From positions 32,001 to 96,000 of the forward strand of contig CM000436.1 of NCBI GenBank assembly GCA_000165345.1: 64,000 bases of DNA. The letters are read 5' to 3'. The notes under the pieces are model-generated. The model had not been told where the DNA came from. It did no database searches and was given only the letters and a program-made list of their open reading frames with translations. The number at the start of each line of letters is the position of its first letter. Within the stretch, counting starts at the first letter, position 1. This document shows, piece by piece, positions 51,065-61,040 of the stretch. Both the position numbers and the translations under genes were made by a program.

Positions 51065-51075
51065 GTGTGGCGCCT
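51065..51075. promoter_or_regulatory. E2F-like box GTGTGGCGCC about 195 bp upstream of the candidate 51269 gene
   Basis: The sequence is read directly. Confidence 0.35.
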
Positions 51076-51268
51076 TGCCCACGTAAGTGGATTTGTATAT
51101 ATGTAAAATTACATGCGTAATAAATAAAGCATAGGAAAAGGAAGAAATCGAATATTGAAGTATTTAGGTTTAAATATTTAACTTGAACAATTTTCAAGCA
51201 TTCAATACTCACATCCAGACGCACAGTTTATTTGTTAGATATAGTAGGTAATTTCTAATTTCGATTCA

Positions 51269-51812
51269 ATGGAAGAACAAGGTAGGTTTGATTATGCAAA
51301 TTTGTGAATGCAACTAATTATCTACAATTTAATTATTTTGAAAATATAAAGCAAGCACAAGTCAAAATCAAGTTCCAGCTTCTGTACTTTATCAGTCTCA
51401 AGTCAATCAAATGGGCCCAAACGGTGGAATGGGTATGGTTCAACAGGTTCCTGGACAATATTACCAGCCTCAACATGTTCCAGGGTTCAATCAATATGCA
51501 GGTTTAATGAGACCAGAGGGATTTCCAGTTTATACAACTCAATGGCCGAGCGCATTCCATGGAGGAGATCCAACTCAGGTTCAAGCACCCATACAAACTC
51601 AATATTTACCTAGCGAAACCCCTGTATATTATGCATCAGCACAATGGGATACTCAATCTTACCTCCCTATGAGCTATTATGCAGGAGCTTATGACCCAAA
51701 TGGAATGGCTTATCCATTCCCTCAATCTGGCTCCTTCCAATACGTACAAGATGGTCCAGTCATTCCAAGAAAGAGAGGTGCAAAGAAACGTTTATTCAAG
51801 TTTTGTTGCTAA
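51269..51812 (+). CDS. Candidate Q/P/Y-rich low-complexity protein ending in a polybasic stretch and C-terminal Cys-Cys (..RKRGAKKRLFKFCC); probably 2 exons
   Basis: The main ORF is 51411..51812. The candidate exon 1 is ATGGAAGAACAAG (51269..51281). The 70-nt intron GTAGGT...ATAAAG (51282..51351) joins in frame to 51352 onward. This gives MEEQASTSQNQVPASVLYQSQVNQMGPNGG... The in-frame upstream stop at 51339 lies inside the intron. Confidence 0.4.
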
Positions 51813-52078
51813 CCATCAACTTTTTTTGGAGGATATGCGCATAATTTGCTGTAATACAACAAGGAATTGTTTCAGAATGCATGGAATTCTATTCTGTGTA
51901 AATATAAAGTGTTAGAATAAATTGAAGTATAGTATTTTTGATTCATGAAAAATCTTTCGGAATAAATTGGGGTAGGACCCAACTGAATGGTATTTTACCA
52001 TTTATTTTCACTCTATTTATTAATTTGTTCATTTATAATTTCTACATGTTTTTGAGTTGACCAAACTTAACATATATT

Positions 52079-52093
52079 CGTTTTGGCGGCCAT
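52079..52093. promoter_or_regulatory. E2F-like box CGTTTTGGCGGCCAT about 150 bp upstream of the exosome RNase PH-like gene
   Basis: The sequence is read directly. Confidence 0.45.
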
Positions 52094-52241
52094 CTTTTTT
52101 TTTCTTACACGGCCGGAAATTGAGAGGTCGCTTTTTCTGAAAGTTACAAAATTATACATCTTAAGCGGATAATCGTGCAAAATTGAACATAGTTATACTC
52201 ATCAATATTACTTATAATTTGTTTAACTGAATTCTTTTCGT

Positions 52242-53303
52242 TTGGGAATATATTGTGACTTTTTAAAATCAATGACGAAGTCTATATCTGACTCAGAAAA
52301 ACTATTCTTAGAAGACGGGGTTGACCAAGGAATTCGCAATGATGGAAGAGATTTGACCGATTTCAGGCCAATAGTTATTGCTCTGGATGTTATTTCTACT
52401 GCTAATGGATCTTCCCGTATAAGGAATGATGAACTTGATATTATTGTAGCTGTTAAGGTATGTTAATAATTGAATTAAAAACGATTTTAAACCCAATTTA
52501 AACTTATTCAGTGTGAGATAATCTCTGTTACAGGAAAGAATGAACCACAAACAGGGGGCTCTATTTTGGTTAATGTTGATTGGTAAGTTTTTTGAACAAT
52601 TTATTTTTCTTTATTATTGCTTTAATATTATTTAGTTCTAATATCATGGATAAAATATCCAATGTAGCACCATCATTCACAGAAGAGGACTATTCATTTT
52701 ATATAACAAACATTGTCAAGGATATGTGTTTTAAAAATTTTGATCTTTCAAAACTTACAATCTTAGAAAATAAACTCTATTGGAATATTTATATTGATGC
52801 AACTATCCTAAGTTTTGGAGGTAATATGGTTGATTGGGTAACTATAGCAATCCATACTGCTTTAAGAACTACAAGGTAAGCGATTACTTCTCAATTCTCT
52901 CATTTGGTATTTAAAATTTACTGAAAATTACGTCTACAGAATCCCAAAAATTCATGTTTCTCCCTCAATCTCAACAAAGGAGAATAACAAAGATGTATCA
53001 TATACTGTATCACCCTCAGTTTGCTCAGGCACACCGTTTCCTTTTCAAGATATCCCTTTCATAATTTCGGCTGGGTGCATTAGAGGTAAAGTAATATGGG
53101 ATATGAATATGCAAGAACAAATATGCTCAAAAACAATCATTGCACTCTCAATTAATTCAAAAGGAGAGTGCGTTGCAATGAACAAAGTCTACTCGAACAC
53201 TCTTGACCTAAACCTTATTCCAACTATAATTAACAAAGCAGCAGAGATTTCTTCTGAAATATCTAAATCATTAGATGAATTCTTCTCTAACAAACAAGTA
53301 TGA
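52242..53303 (+). CDS. Exosome RNase PH-like ring subunit (Rrp42/Rrp43/EXOSC7-like); 4 exons
   Basis: The exons are 52242..52457, 52512..52582, 52636..52875 and 52940..53303. The introns are 54 nt (GTATGT...TTCAG), 53 nt (GTAAGT...TTTAG) and 64 nt (GTAAGC...TACAG), all GT-AG and all in phase. The spliced product begins MTKSISDSEKLFLEDGVDQGIRNDGRDLTDFRPIVIALDVISTANGSSRIRNDELDIIVAVK and continues through CEIISVTGKNEPQTGGSILVNVDCSNIMDKISNVAPSF... to ...IPFIISAGCIRGKVIWDMNMQEQICSKTIIALSINSKGECVAMNKV. This parallels EXOSC7 (RVDGR..D.R......V...SGSAR, KPNEGYLEFFVDCS, and the second half). Confidence 0.7.
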
Positions 53304-53382
53304 GCACACTAGTTAACTATAATTATATATTTTAATTTACATCTTTTATTTATTTTATTCGTAAATTTTCACACTTCCAAAG

Positions 53383-53453
53383 TTACCGCCAAAAGTGGGG
53401 CATAATTCAGGAGACGAATGACAGTACAAATAGTCAATTGTTGGGCGGGAATG
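53383..53453. promoter_or_regulatory. Two E2F-like boxes (TTACCGCCAAAAG and TTGGGCGGGAATG) about 50-120 bp upstream of AsnRS
   Basis: The sequence is read directly. Confidence 0.45.
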
Positions 53454-53505
53454 TAATATCTTTGCTTATTAAGCATTTTTACAAGCATAGAAACAGAAAA
53501 TAAAA

Positions 53506-55005
53506 ATGATTAAACCAGAAAAAAAATTTGTTACTGAATATTCAGTAACTGGAAGACTGAGGATAGCCTCCATTTTGGATGGCGAGGATGGTGGGGTCTC
53601 TTATATTGGAAAGAAGGTTACAGTTGGAGGATGGGCAAGAACAGTTAGAAAGCAATGCTCTGACACTTTGCTTTTCATATCTCTGAATGATGGTTCAACA
53701 TCAAGCAACTTACAATGTGTAGTAGAGAAGACTGTTAAAGGGTTTGAAGAGGGTTTAAAGGCGACAGCAGGATGTTCATTTAAAATAACTGGTACAATAG
53801 TAAAGTCACCAGCTCAGGGACAGTCAGTAGAGTTACTTTTGAATACAGGCGATGATGAGCTCAAAATTTGCGGATTGTGTGATGCCTCAAAATACCCACT
53901 TGCAAAAAAGCATCATTCAAAAGAATTCTTGAGGGAAGTTGCCCACTTGCGTCCAAGAAGTCAGTTCTTTAGCTCAGTTATGAGAATCAGAAATTCTCTT
54001 GCTATTGCAATTCATGAATATTTCCAAAAGAACGGTTTTATGTACATTCACACTCCAATTATTACTGCAGCAGACTGTGAAGGAGCAGGAGAAATGTTTC
54101 AAGTAACTACAGTTTTACCACCTGAATCTAAAAACAACATTTCCAACATCCCTGCATCAAAGATTGAGGGAAGCCAAGATATGGCAGTTGACTATAAAAA
54201 GGATTTCTTTGGAAAGGCTTCTTATTTGACTGTTTCTGGACAACTTGCTTTAGAGAACTTTGCATGCTCTATGTCTGATGTTTATACATTTGGACCAACT
54301 TTCAGAGCGGAAAATTCTCACACAACAAGACATCTTGCTGAATTTTGGATGATCGAGCCTGAAATGGCATTTGCTGATCTTAGTGATAACATGAAACTTG
54401 GAGAAGGACTTCTTAAATACACTGTAGAATACGTTTTAATTAACAATATGCCCGATTTATTATATCTTGACAAAAATATAGAAAATGGACTTGTAGAAAG
54501 GTTAAAGGTTATTTGCAAAGAAGAATTTGCAAGAATTTCCTATACCGAAGCAATTGAGATGCTTAAACCTCATGATAAGGAATTTACTGTTCCTGTCTCA
54601 TGGGGCATGGATTTGGGTTCAGAACATGAAAAGTATATTACAGATGTACTCGAAAAAAGACCTTGCATAATCTACAACTATCCTAAAGATATCAAGTCTT
54701 TTTATATGAAATTGAATGAAGACGGAAATACAGTTGCAGCAATGGATATCCTAGTCCCAAAAATCGGAGAGGTTATCGGTGGTTCTCAGAGAGAAGATGA
54801 CATTGAAAAATTAGAGAACGCAATAAAGAGCAGAAATATGGATCCAGCTCCCTATTGGTGGTATAATGAACTAAGAAAGTATGGTTCTGTTCCACATTCA
54901 GGGTTTGGTTTAGGATTTGAAAGACTAATCATGATGGTTACCGGCGTAGAGAATGTCCGTGACGTCATACCATTCCCTAGATACCCCAATCATTGCGAAT
55001 TCTAA
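53506..55005 (+). CDS. NARS: Asparaginyl-tRNA synthetase (class IIb)
   Basis: The ORF is 499 aa. The N-terminal OB anticodon-binding fold is KVTVGGWARTVRKQ. Class II motif 2/3 regions are FRAENSHTTRHLAEFWMIEPEMAF and GGSQREDD...GFGLGFERLIMMVTG. The AsnRS-specific residues are present. Confidence 0.9.
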   Translation: MIKPEKKFVTEYSVTGRLRIASILDGEDGGVSYIGKKVTVGGWARTVRKQCSDTLLFISLNDGSTSSNLQCVVEKTVKGFEEGLKATAGCSFKITGTIVKSPAQGQSVELLLNTGDDELKICGLCDASKYPLAKKHHSKEFLREVAHLRPRSQFFSSVMRIRNSLAIAIHEYFQKNGFMYIHTPIITAADCEGAGEMFQVTTVLPPESKNNISNIPASKIEGSQDMAVDYKKDFFGKASYLTVSGQLALENFACSMSDVYTFGPTFRAENSHTTRHLAEFWMIEPEMAFADLSDNMKLGEGLLKYTVEYVLINNMPDLLYLDKNIENGLVERLKVICKEEFARISYTEAIEMLKPHDKEFTVPVSWGMDLGSEHEKYITDVLEKRPCIIYNYPKDIKSFYMKLNEDGNTVAAMDILVPKIGEVIGGSQREDDIEKLENAIKSRNMDPAPYWWYNELRKYGSVPHSGFGLGFERLIMMVTGVENVRDVIPFPRYPNHCEF

Positions 55006-55253
55006 TGCCTAGAATTTGTTGCGTTAATTTACATTAATTTGATTTCCTACATTGCTCAATCATTTGTCGTAGCTGCTGGTGAATAAGTGTTGTGTGCTTC
55101 GGCTTTCTTCAGTGTACTTAGTATTTTAGTATTTTCTTAGATTAATTCACATATTGTTTATTTCTCTCACATTCTTCTTTCAATTGAATTTATTGCAGCG
55201 CATTTTTATTCTTTTTCACATCCCCATCTAGGGTAGCATATAAAATTCGCACT

Positions 55254-55290
55254 GTGGCGCCAGAATTCGGGCGGCAAATATCCCGCAAAT
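55254..55290. promoter_or_regulatory. Cluster of three E2F-like boxes (GTGGCGCCA / TTCGGGCGGCAAA / ATCCCGCAAA) about 280 bp upstream of V-ATPase E
   Basis: The sequence is tgtggcgccagaattcgggcggcaaatatcccgcaaat. Confidence 0.5.
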
Positions 55291-55569
55291 GCAGGTAAAT
55301 AAATTTTGGAGGCCAATTAATTAAGTAAATAGGAATAAATTATTTTTTTCTATATAAACCTCTTTTTTTAGTGATTTAACTTTCTGAGGTAAAAAAGCAT
55401 CAAAATTCTAATTTGAAAATTTTAGCGCAATTTTTTTTTATTAGTTAGAAGAATACTAATTCTTTATAGTTTAATTAGTAGCTTAAGGATCTTAGCAAAT
55501 ACTAATTAACATATAGAATATTTCTAATCAATAAGCATATTTTGGTGTTAAATCTAAAGAACTTTGAAA

Positions 55570-56335
55570 ATGGTAAGTTTTTAATGTTAATGTAACTATA
55601 TATATTAATTTTTCTTTCCTTTCTTTAATTCAGGACGATATTGAAGCACAAAAGCAAATTCAACAGATGATTAACTTCATCTTAAATGAAGCCAAGGACA
55701 AAGCTAATGAAATTGAGGCAAAGGCTTTGCAAGATTTTAATATTGAAAAGTTGAAGTTAGTTCAAAGCTATAAAGAGCAGATTCGTCAGGATCTCAAGAA
55801 GAAAGTTAAGAGATTAGAGGTTGAAAGAGCAATCGCTAGAAGTACTGCAATTAATAAGGCTAGACTTAAGAAGATGGCAGCTAGAGCACAAGTTTTAACT
55901 GAAGTAGTACAACAAACAAGAAAGAAAATGTGCGAAATTTCTACTAATCCAACTGTCTACGAGCCACTTTTGGTGGATTTACTTACTCAAGCAATGTTGA
56001 AGCTCTTGGAACCAACAGTGATTGTAAAGTGTAGAAAGTCTGATGTTTCTGTTGTAGAAAGCGCAATTCCAAAGGCTATTAAGAAATATAAGGAGATTTT
56101 ACAGAAGGAATGCGGTGTCTCAATGAATGTTGAGGCTAAGGTTGACAAGGAGAACTTCCTTTTCCCTGCTCCTACAAGTGTTGAGCAGAATTCCAAGTAC
56201 TGCTCTGGCGGAGTTATTGTCACTAATTTGGATGGTAAGATTGTTTGCAACAATACTTTGGACGCAAGACTGGACTTAGTCATTCAAAATGATGCTCCAA
56301 TCATAAGATCTACTCTTTTCCCAAAGGCTGCTTAA
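55570..56335 (+). CDS. VATE: V-type H+-ATPase subunit E; 2 exons (ATG-only first coding exon)
   Basis: Exon 1 is ATG (55570..55572). The 61-nt intron is GTAAGTTT...TTCAG (55573..55633). Exon 2 is 55634..56335 in frame. The product M/DDIEAQKQIQQMINFILNEAKDKANEIEAKALQDFNIEKLKLVQ...LLEPTVIVKCRKSD...NTLDARLDLV closely matches V-ATPase E ([38 protein letters not shown]...). Confidence 0.8.
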
Positions 56336-56474
56336 TTGAAGCGGAAAAAATTTCAAAAAGAAGAAAAGTATTAGCTGTATTTATTTGTATTTAAGAATTA
56401 TCCATAATTTTTAAATTTATACGTATTTTTTTTTTTAATTTACTGTGAATGCATTTACTTACGTAAATTACATA

Positions 56475-56516
56475 AATGCCGGTATAGGGGAAATTGTCAT
56501 AGAAATTTGCCGGTTA
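56475..56516. promoter_or_regulatory. Two copies of an E2F-variant box A(A/T)TGCCGGT(A/T) about 250-290 bp upstream of MSH6
   Basis: The copies are aaatgccggta and aaatttgccggtta. A TTACGTAA palindrome lies just upstream. Confidence 0.3.
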
Positions 56517-56764
56517 ATTATTTTTTTCCCACACTGATTTTAGGAAAAAGCTTGAAATCAAAGTTAGAATTAAATGGAATTAAAGCAACTTTTGTTTGCG
56601 TTGTTTTTTTTCTGTCGAGTTTAAAATAAAGTGTGAATTAAGAGTAAATGTTTTCATTAGAAGCTTCTCAAGATAAGGTTTATTTATAGGAAGTTAAGTT
56701 TCAGTTAGTAAATTAGTAACGTCGTCATTTGCACACATAAGAGAAAAGTTTAAAGCTTGGAAAA

Positions 56765-59700
56765 ATGGATAAGAAATCAAAACAAAATTTAAGCTCTCAG
56801 AGAGGAGATCGCCAGTCAAGTATCCTTTCATTCTTCTCTCCAAAACCTGGGGTTAAGAAGGAAGCAAGTAATTTCTTACAAGATACATCAACTCCAGTTC
56901 CAAAGAACAAAAGTTCGAGGTTGGATGATATATTAATGAGTGAAGACAAGGATATTGAAAGGGAGCTTTTGAATTCAGAACTGAGTTTTGGTGAACAAAA
57001 GTTGGAATCTATAAATAGAGATTCATCAACGAGACTTAGAGATTTAGAAATGCTTTCAGCAGATGGGAATGCAACTACATGTGAGACTACACCATGTAAG
57101 TCAAAAAACCTAAAATCTGACAAATTTGGTGTGGAAACAACAGGAAGAAGAATTCGAAGAATTTGTGATTCAGACGAGGAACTAAATTCAGATTCGGAGG
57201 TTCTTTCACGTAGAATCAAAAGGAGATTTAATGATGATGGATTAGAAGACAACAATAATGAAAGAAGTGATTTACCAGCTTCACAGATGGATGGAGATAT
57301 CTCAAACTTTGGGTACGATATTAAGGATGATGAGGTTCTGGAGGCGGAAATGGCAGCGAAAATTGAGGAAAAGATTCCTTCAGACTTTACAGATTTGGGA
57401 AAGAGCCTGCCAAAATCCCGTAGAAAAGAGACAGAAATGAAGTTTCAAGAAGGAGGAGATTCAGTAATAAATGCAGATGAGGAGTTGGGGAAAGAACTCC
57501 TTGGTACAGCTGCAGCACAGAGTAGTTTGCTATTTAGGGATTACGTCGAAGCAATGCTTCAAATAGGTCGTAATTTCTCACTTCCATCTTGGGTTCAATT
57601 ACGAAATATTAGGGATTCCAAAGGTACTCGTCCTTTAGATCCATGTTATGACCCATCAACAATTTGGGTGCCAAGTTCAAATAGTAGAGAGGCAAAAGAG
57701 GAGAGGATGCACTTTACTCCTGCAATGGAGCAGTATTGGGAGCTTAAGAAAGAACACTTTGATAAGCTATTGTTCTTTAAAATGGGGAAATTTTACGAGT
57801 TATTTTATATAGACGCTTATATTTGTCAGAAACATTGTGACTTAAGATGGACATCTTCGGATTCTAAGCCGCATGTTGGGTTTCCTGAGACAGCTTTGCA
57901 TGCATATGCAAATAAGCTAGTGGAGTTAGGATATAGAGTGGTTGTAGTGGAGCAAATGGAGACTCCAAAGGAGTTGGAAGAGCGAAATAGGAGTGCATCA
58001 AGAGGGGTAAAGAAAGATAAAGCAATAAAGAGGAGCGTAAACGAGGTGTTTACAAATGGTACTTTGGTACGCCCTGATATGTTAAGCGATATGGCTAGCA
58101 TTTTAATGACTTTATACTTTTCAAAGAAAGATTCTGAAGATTTGACTTACGAGATTGGAGTTGTTTGTGTTGATATTACTACAGGCAAGGCAGAACTTAT
58201 AAATATTGAGGAGAAGGGAGACCAGTTTTTGCAGGTCAGGACAATTGTATGCCAGGTACAACCAAAGGAAATTGCATATTTACCTGGGAATATTCCTTTG
58301 TCTATTTTGAGATACTTGAGTTCCATTGTCCCTTCAATCCAGCTAACCAACTTTAGAGATTTTGTTGACTCAGTTTTAGCAATTAATGATATTTTGGAGA
58401 CTTTTGAAAAGCTAAATGTTCCAGTTCCAGATGTAGTAAATCGTCTTTGCAATGAGTCAAAATCTCTATGTTGTGCATTATCTGGTACTTTTCGGTACTT
58501 AACAACAATATTACTTTGCGATAGATTAATTATGACAGGAACATTTACTGAGTATGATCCATCTGTTTCTAAGCATCTGATAGTGAATGTTGGAGCAATA
58601 AAGGATTTAGAATTATTACAGTCTCAGCATGGTGATGAAAAGAACTCTCTATTTGGCTTTTTAAAACATACTATTACTCCAGGAGGAACCAGATTATTAA
58701 AAAGATGGATTACATATCCTTTAGTCAACACTGAAAGGATTAATGAACGCTTAGACTCGGTTAAGTGGTTAATGGATAACTCTGAAAAGTTATATGAATT
58801 TAGAGATGAGCTTAGAGCTATTGAAAGGTCAGCATCTTCAGCTTCAAGAGGTTCAAGAAAGAAGTACTCACAGCACCTAGATTTTGAGCGTTTGATAAAC
58901 AGGATTACTTCGGGTGTTTTGCAGAATAAGAGAGGAGCAGTTTACTTTTCGAACGTTGTTCAAAGAAGGTTTGATGAGTTTGTTAACTCAATGAATCTTT
59001 TTGACTCAGTTCTTCAATGTATTATTCGTGTTTTTGGTGATGAGAACCTAAGAAAAGATATGCCTAAGCTTTTGGCTGCTTTAACTGGAATCAAGGATGA
59101 ATCTTCTGAGGGATTCCTTGAGAATATATTTGCTACTACTGAAAGATTAAGATCTTTGGTTACTTTGGACTCAAATGGTAAGGATTGGATTCCTGTTCCT
59201 GGTAATTGCAAGGAATATGATGATCTATTAGAGTCCATAAATGAGACAAAGTTATGTTTTGATGAGGAACTCAAGAGAATAAGTAAACAAATGAATACTA
59301 CAGCAATTTCTTTTGTTAACAATAAATACAGGTACGAGGTAGAATGCCCAGAAAGCATTCCAAAGTCAAGATTCCCAGATTCTGCAGAAATTACATCATC
59401 AAAGAAAGGTTACGTGAGATTCCATACTGAAGAAATTAAACAACTTGTATACGATCTTGAATATAAGGAGGAGCAGCTACAGAAGAGTTTATTCCCTTAT
59501 TTACATCTTATGTGCAAAGAGTTTCATTCAGAATTATCATCTTTTATGGGAATTTCGGATTCAATTTCTCAGTTAGACGTATTATCTTCCTTGGCTCTAG
59601 TTTCACTGGATACTTCAGATGGCCCATTCTGCAAGCCAGTTTTTCTCTCTAAAGAAGAAACCAATGGGCTACCTATGTTAGAGCTCAAGGAGAGCAGACA

Positions 59701-60493
59701 TCCTGTTGTAGCTAAACTCAAAACTAATTATATTCCCAATGATATATTGTTGAACGGAGGTTCCTCACCAGCTCCTTGTTCTTTAGTTACTGGACCTAAT
59801 ATGGGTGGAAAATCTACAATTCTTAGACAAACATGTATTTCTGTAATAATGGCTCAGATTGGATGCTATGTACCAGCATCCGAATGTAGATTAACAGCAG
59901 TGGATAAGATTTTCACTAGAATTGGTGCTTATGATTTAATTATTGAAGGGAAAAGCACATTCTTGGTTGAGCTTGAAGAGACAGCTGATATTCTTAATCA
60001 TTCATCTGAGGATTCGCTGGTAATTATTGATGAGCTTGGAAGAGGAACTTCAACTTTTGATGGGACAGCAATTTCTATTGCTACTCTTGAATACATTTCA
60101 AGAGTAATCAAGTGCAGGTGTCTTTTTTCAACTCATCTTCACTTACTTTGCGATGAGTTTTCAAATGACACAAAAGTTCTTCCATTTCATATGGATTTAA
60201 AGCTAAATAATGAAACAAGATCAATTACTTTTCTATACAAGTTCATTTCCGGTATTTGTCCAAAATCTTATGGTATGAATGTTGCACAATTAGCAGGGAT
60301 ACCACAAGAAGTTGTTGATAATTCAGTAGCTTTAGCTAAAGATGTGGAGTCTTCTACTTTACTTTTGAGGAGCATTTCTGAGACTAAGAAGCTTTTAATG
60401 GATGTTCTAAGCCAAGATAACTTTTCTAAAATACAAGAGTTTTTCAAGAACAACAACAAATCTATTCTAAACTGTCTGGAATCATTATCCTAA
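56765..60493 (+). CDS. MSH6: DNA mismatch repair protein MSH6 (MutS homolog) with N-terminal PIP box
   Basis: The ORF is 1242 aa. The N-terminal PCNA-interacting motif is RQSSILSFF. The mismatch-binding Phe-X-Glu is GKFYELF. The MutS ATPase Walker A is TGPNMGGKST. The signature region is STFLVELEETADILNHSSEDSLVIIDELGRGTSTFDGTAIS. Confidence 0.85.
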   Translation: MDKKSKQNLSSQRGDRQSSILSFFSPKPGVKKEASNFLQDTSTPVPKNKSSRLDDILMSEDKDIERELLNSELSFGEQKLESINRDSSTRLRDLEMLSADGNATTCETTPCKSKNLKSDKFGVETTGRRIRRICDSDEELNSDSEVLSRRIKRRFNDDGLEDNNNERSDLPASQMDGDISNFGYDIKDDEVLEAEMAAKIEEKIPSDFTDLGKSLPKSRRKETEMKFQEGGDSVINADEELGKELLGTAAAQSSLLFRDYVEAMLQIGRNFSLPSWVQLRNIRDSKGTRPLDPCYDPSTIWVPSSNSREAKEERMHFTPAMEQYWELKKEHFDKLLFFKMGKFYELFYIDAYICQKHCDLRWTSSDSKPHVGFPETALHAYANKLVELGYRVVVVEQMETPKELEERNRSASRGVKKDKAIKRSVNEVFTNGTLVRPDMLSDMASILMTLYFSKKDSEDLTYEIGVVCVDITTGKAELINIEEKGDQFLQVRTIVCQVQPKEIAYLPGNIPLSILRYLSSIVPSIQLTNFRDFVDSVLAINDILETFEKLNVPVPDVVNRLCNESKSLCCALSGTFRYLTTILLCDRLIMTGTFTEYDPSVSKHLIVNVGAIKDLELLQSQHGDEKNSLFGFLKHTITPGGTRLLKRWITYPLVNTERINERLDSVKWLMDNSEKLYEFRDELRAIERSASSASRGSRKKYSQHLDFERLINRITSGVLQNKRGAVYFSNVVQRRFDEFVNSMNLFDSVLQCIIRVFGDENLRKDMPKLLAALTGIKDESSEGFLENIFATTERLRSLVTLDSNGKDWIPVPGNCKEYDDLLESINETKLCFDEELKRISKQMNTTAISFVNNKYRYEVECPESIPKSRFPDSAEITSSKKGYVRFHTEEIKQLVYDLEYKEEQLQKSLFPYLHLMCKEFHSELSSFMGISDSISQLDVLSSLALVSLDTSDGPFCKPVFLSKEETNGLPMLELKESRHPVVAKLKTNYIPNDILLNGGSSPAPCSLVTGPNMGGKSTILRQTCISVIMAQIGCYVPASECRLTAVDKIFTRIGAYDLIIEGKSTFLVELEETADILNHSSEDSLVIIDELGRGTSTFDGTAISIATLEYISRVIKCRCLFSTHLHLLCDEFSNDTKVLPFHMDLKLNNETRSITFLYKFISGICPKSYGMNVAQLAGIPQEVVDNSVALAKDVESSTLLLRSISETKKLLMDVLSQDNFSKIQEFFKNNNKSILNCLESLS

Positions 60494-60730
60494 TTAATTT
60501 CATGTATTTTTTACTTCAAAATTTACCAAAAAAAAGTCTTTTTTTCTTCTTTTCTGCCCTCAAAAGGCTTTCTAGATAAGTAATAACTTTAATTTATTTA
60601 TTACTGAGTAATTTTTATGTCATAATTTCCCCCAATTCTTTTAATCAATAATAAATCTTATTTACCATAAAAATTTCATGCTCATTTTCTTACAACCTGA
60701 TTACAACAGAAAAATTTCATCCACATGAGT

Positions 60731-60774
60731 TGCATGCATGCAAATTTGCAAGTCAATGCAAATGGCGGGAAATC
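60731..60774. promoter_or_regulatory. TGCATGCATGCA (ApiAP2-like GCATGCA box) followed by canonical E2F-like AAATGGCGGGAAATC, about 270-310 bp upstream of the MQO gene
   Basis: The sequence is read directly. Confidence 0.45.
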
Positions 60775-61040
60775 ACTTAATCAAAAAATTTTTGAGGTGA
60801 AAATTATCTTTTCAATTATTATATGTATTTTTTTTTCCTCATATATCTTTGAATATAAATAGGAGATATTGCTAAGATATATTTGAAGTTAGATAGTTGA
60901 AAGCTGGGTAATCTACAATAAGGAAAAGATGGAAAATAGTAGATAAAGGGTTTAAAAGACTACTATATTGATTTGAAGAACAAATTGAAAAAGCATTTGT
61001 AAATTATATTCCTCAGAGGTCATAGAAGGCTGGAAATAAA

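Noticed and set aside
51304-51507. 67-aa ORF (MNATNYLQFNYF...) in the track upstream of the Q/P-rich ORF
   Set aside because: It is in a different frame and largely covers the proposed intron. The in-frame splice model joining ATGGAAGAACAAG to 51352 gives a more coherent product.
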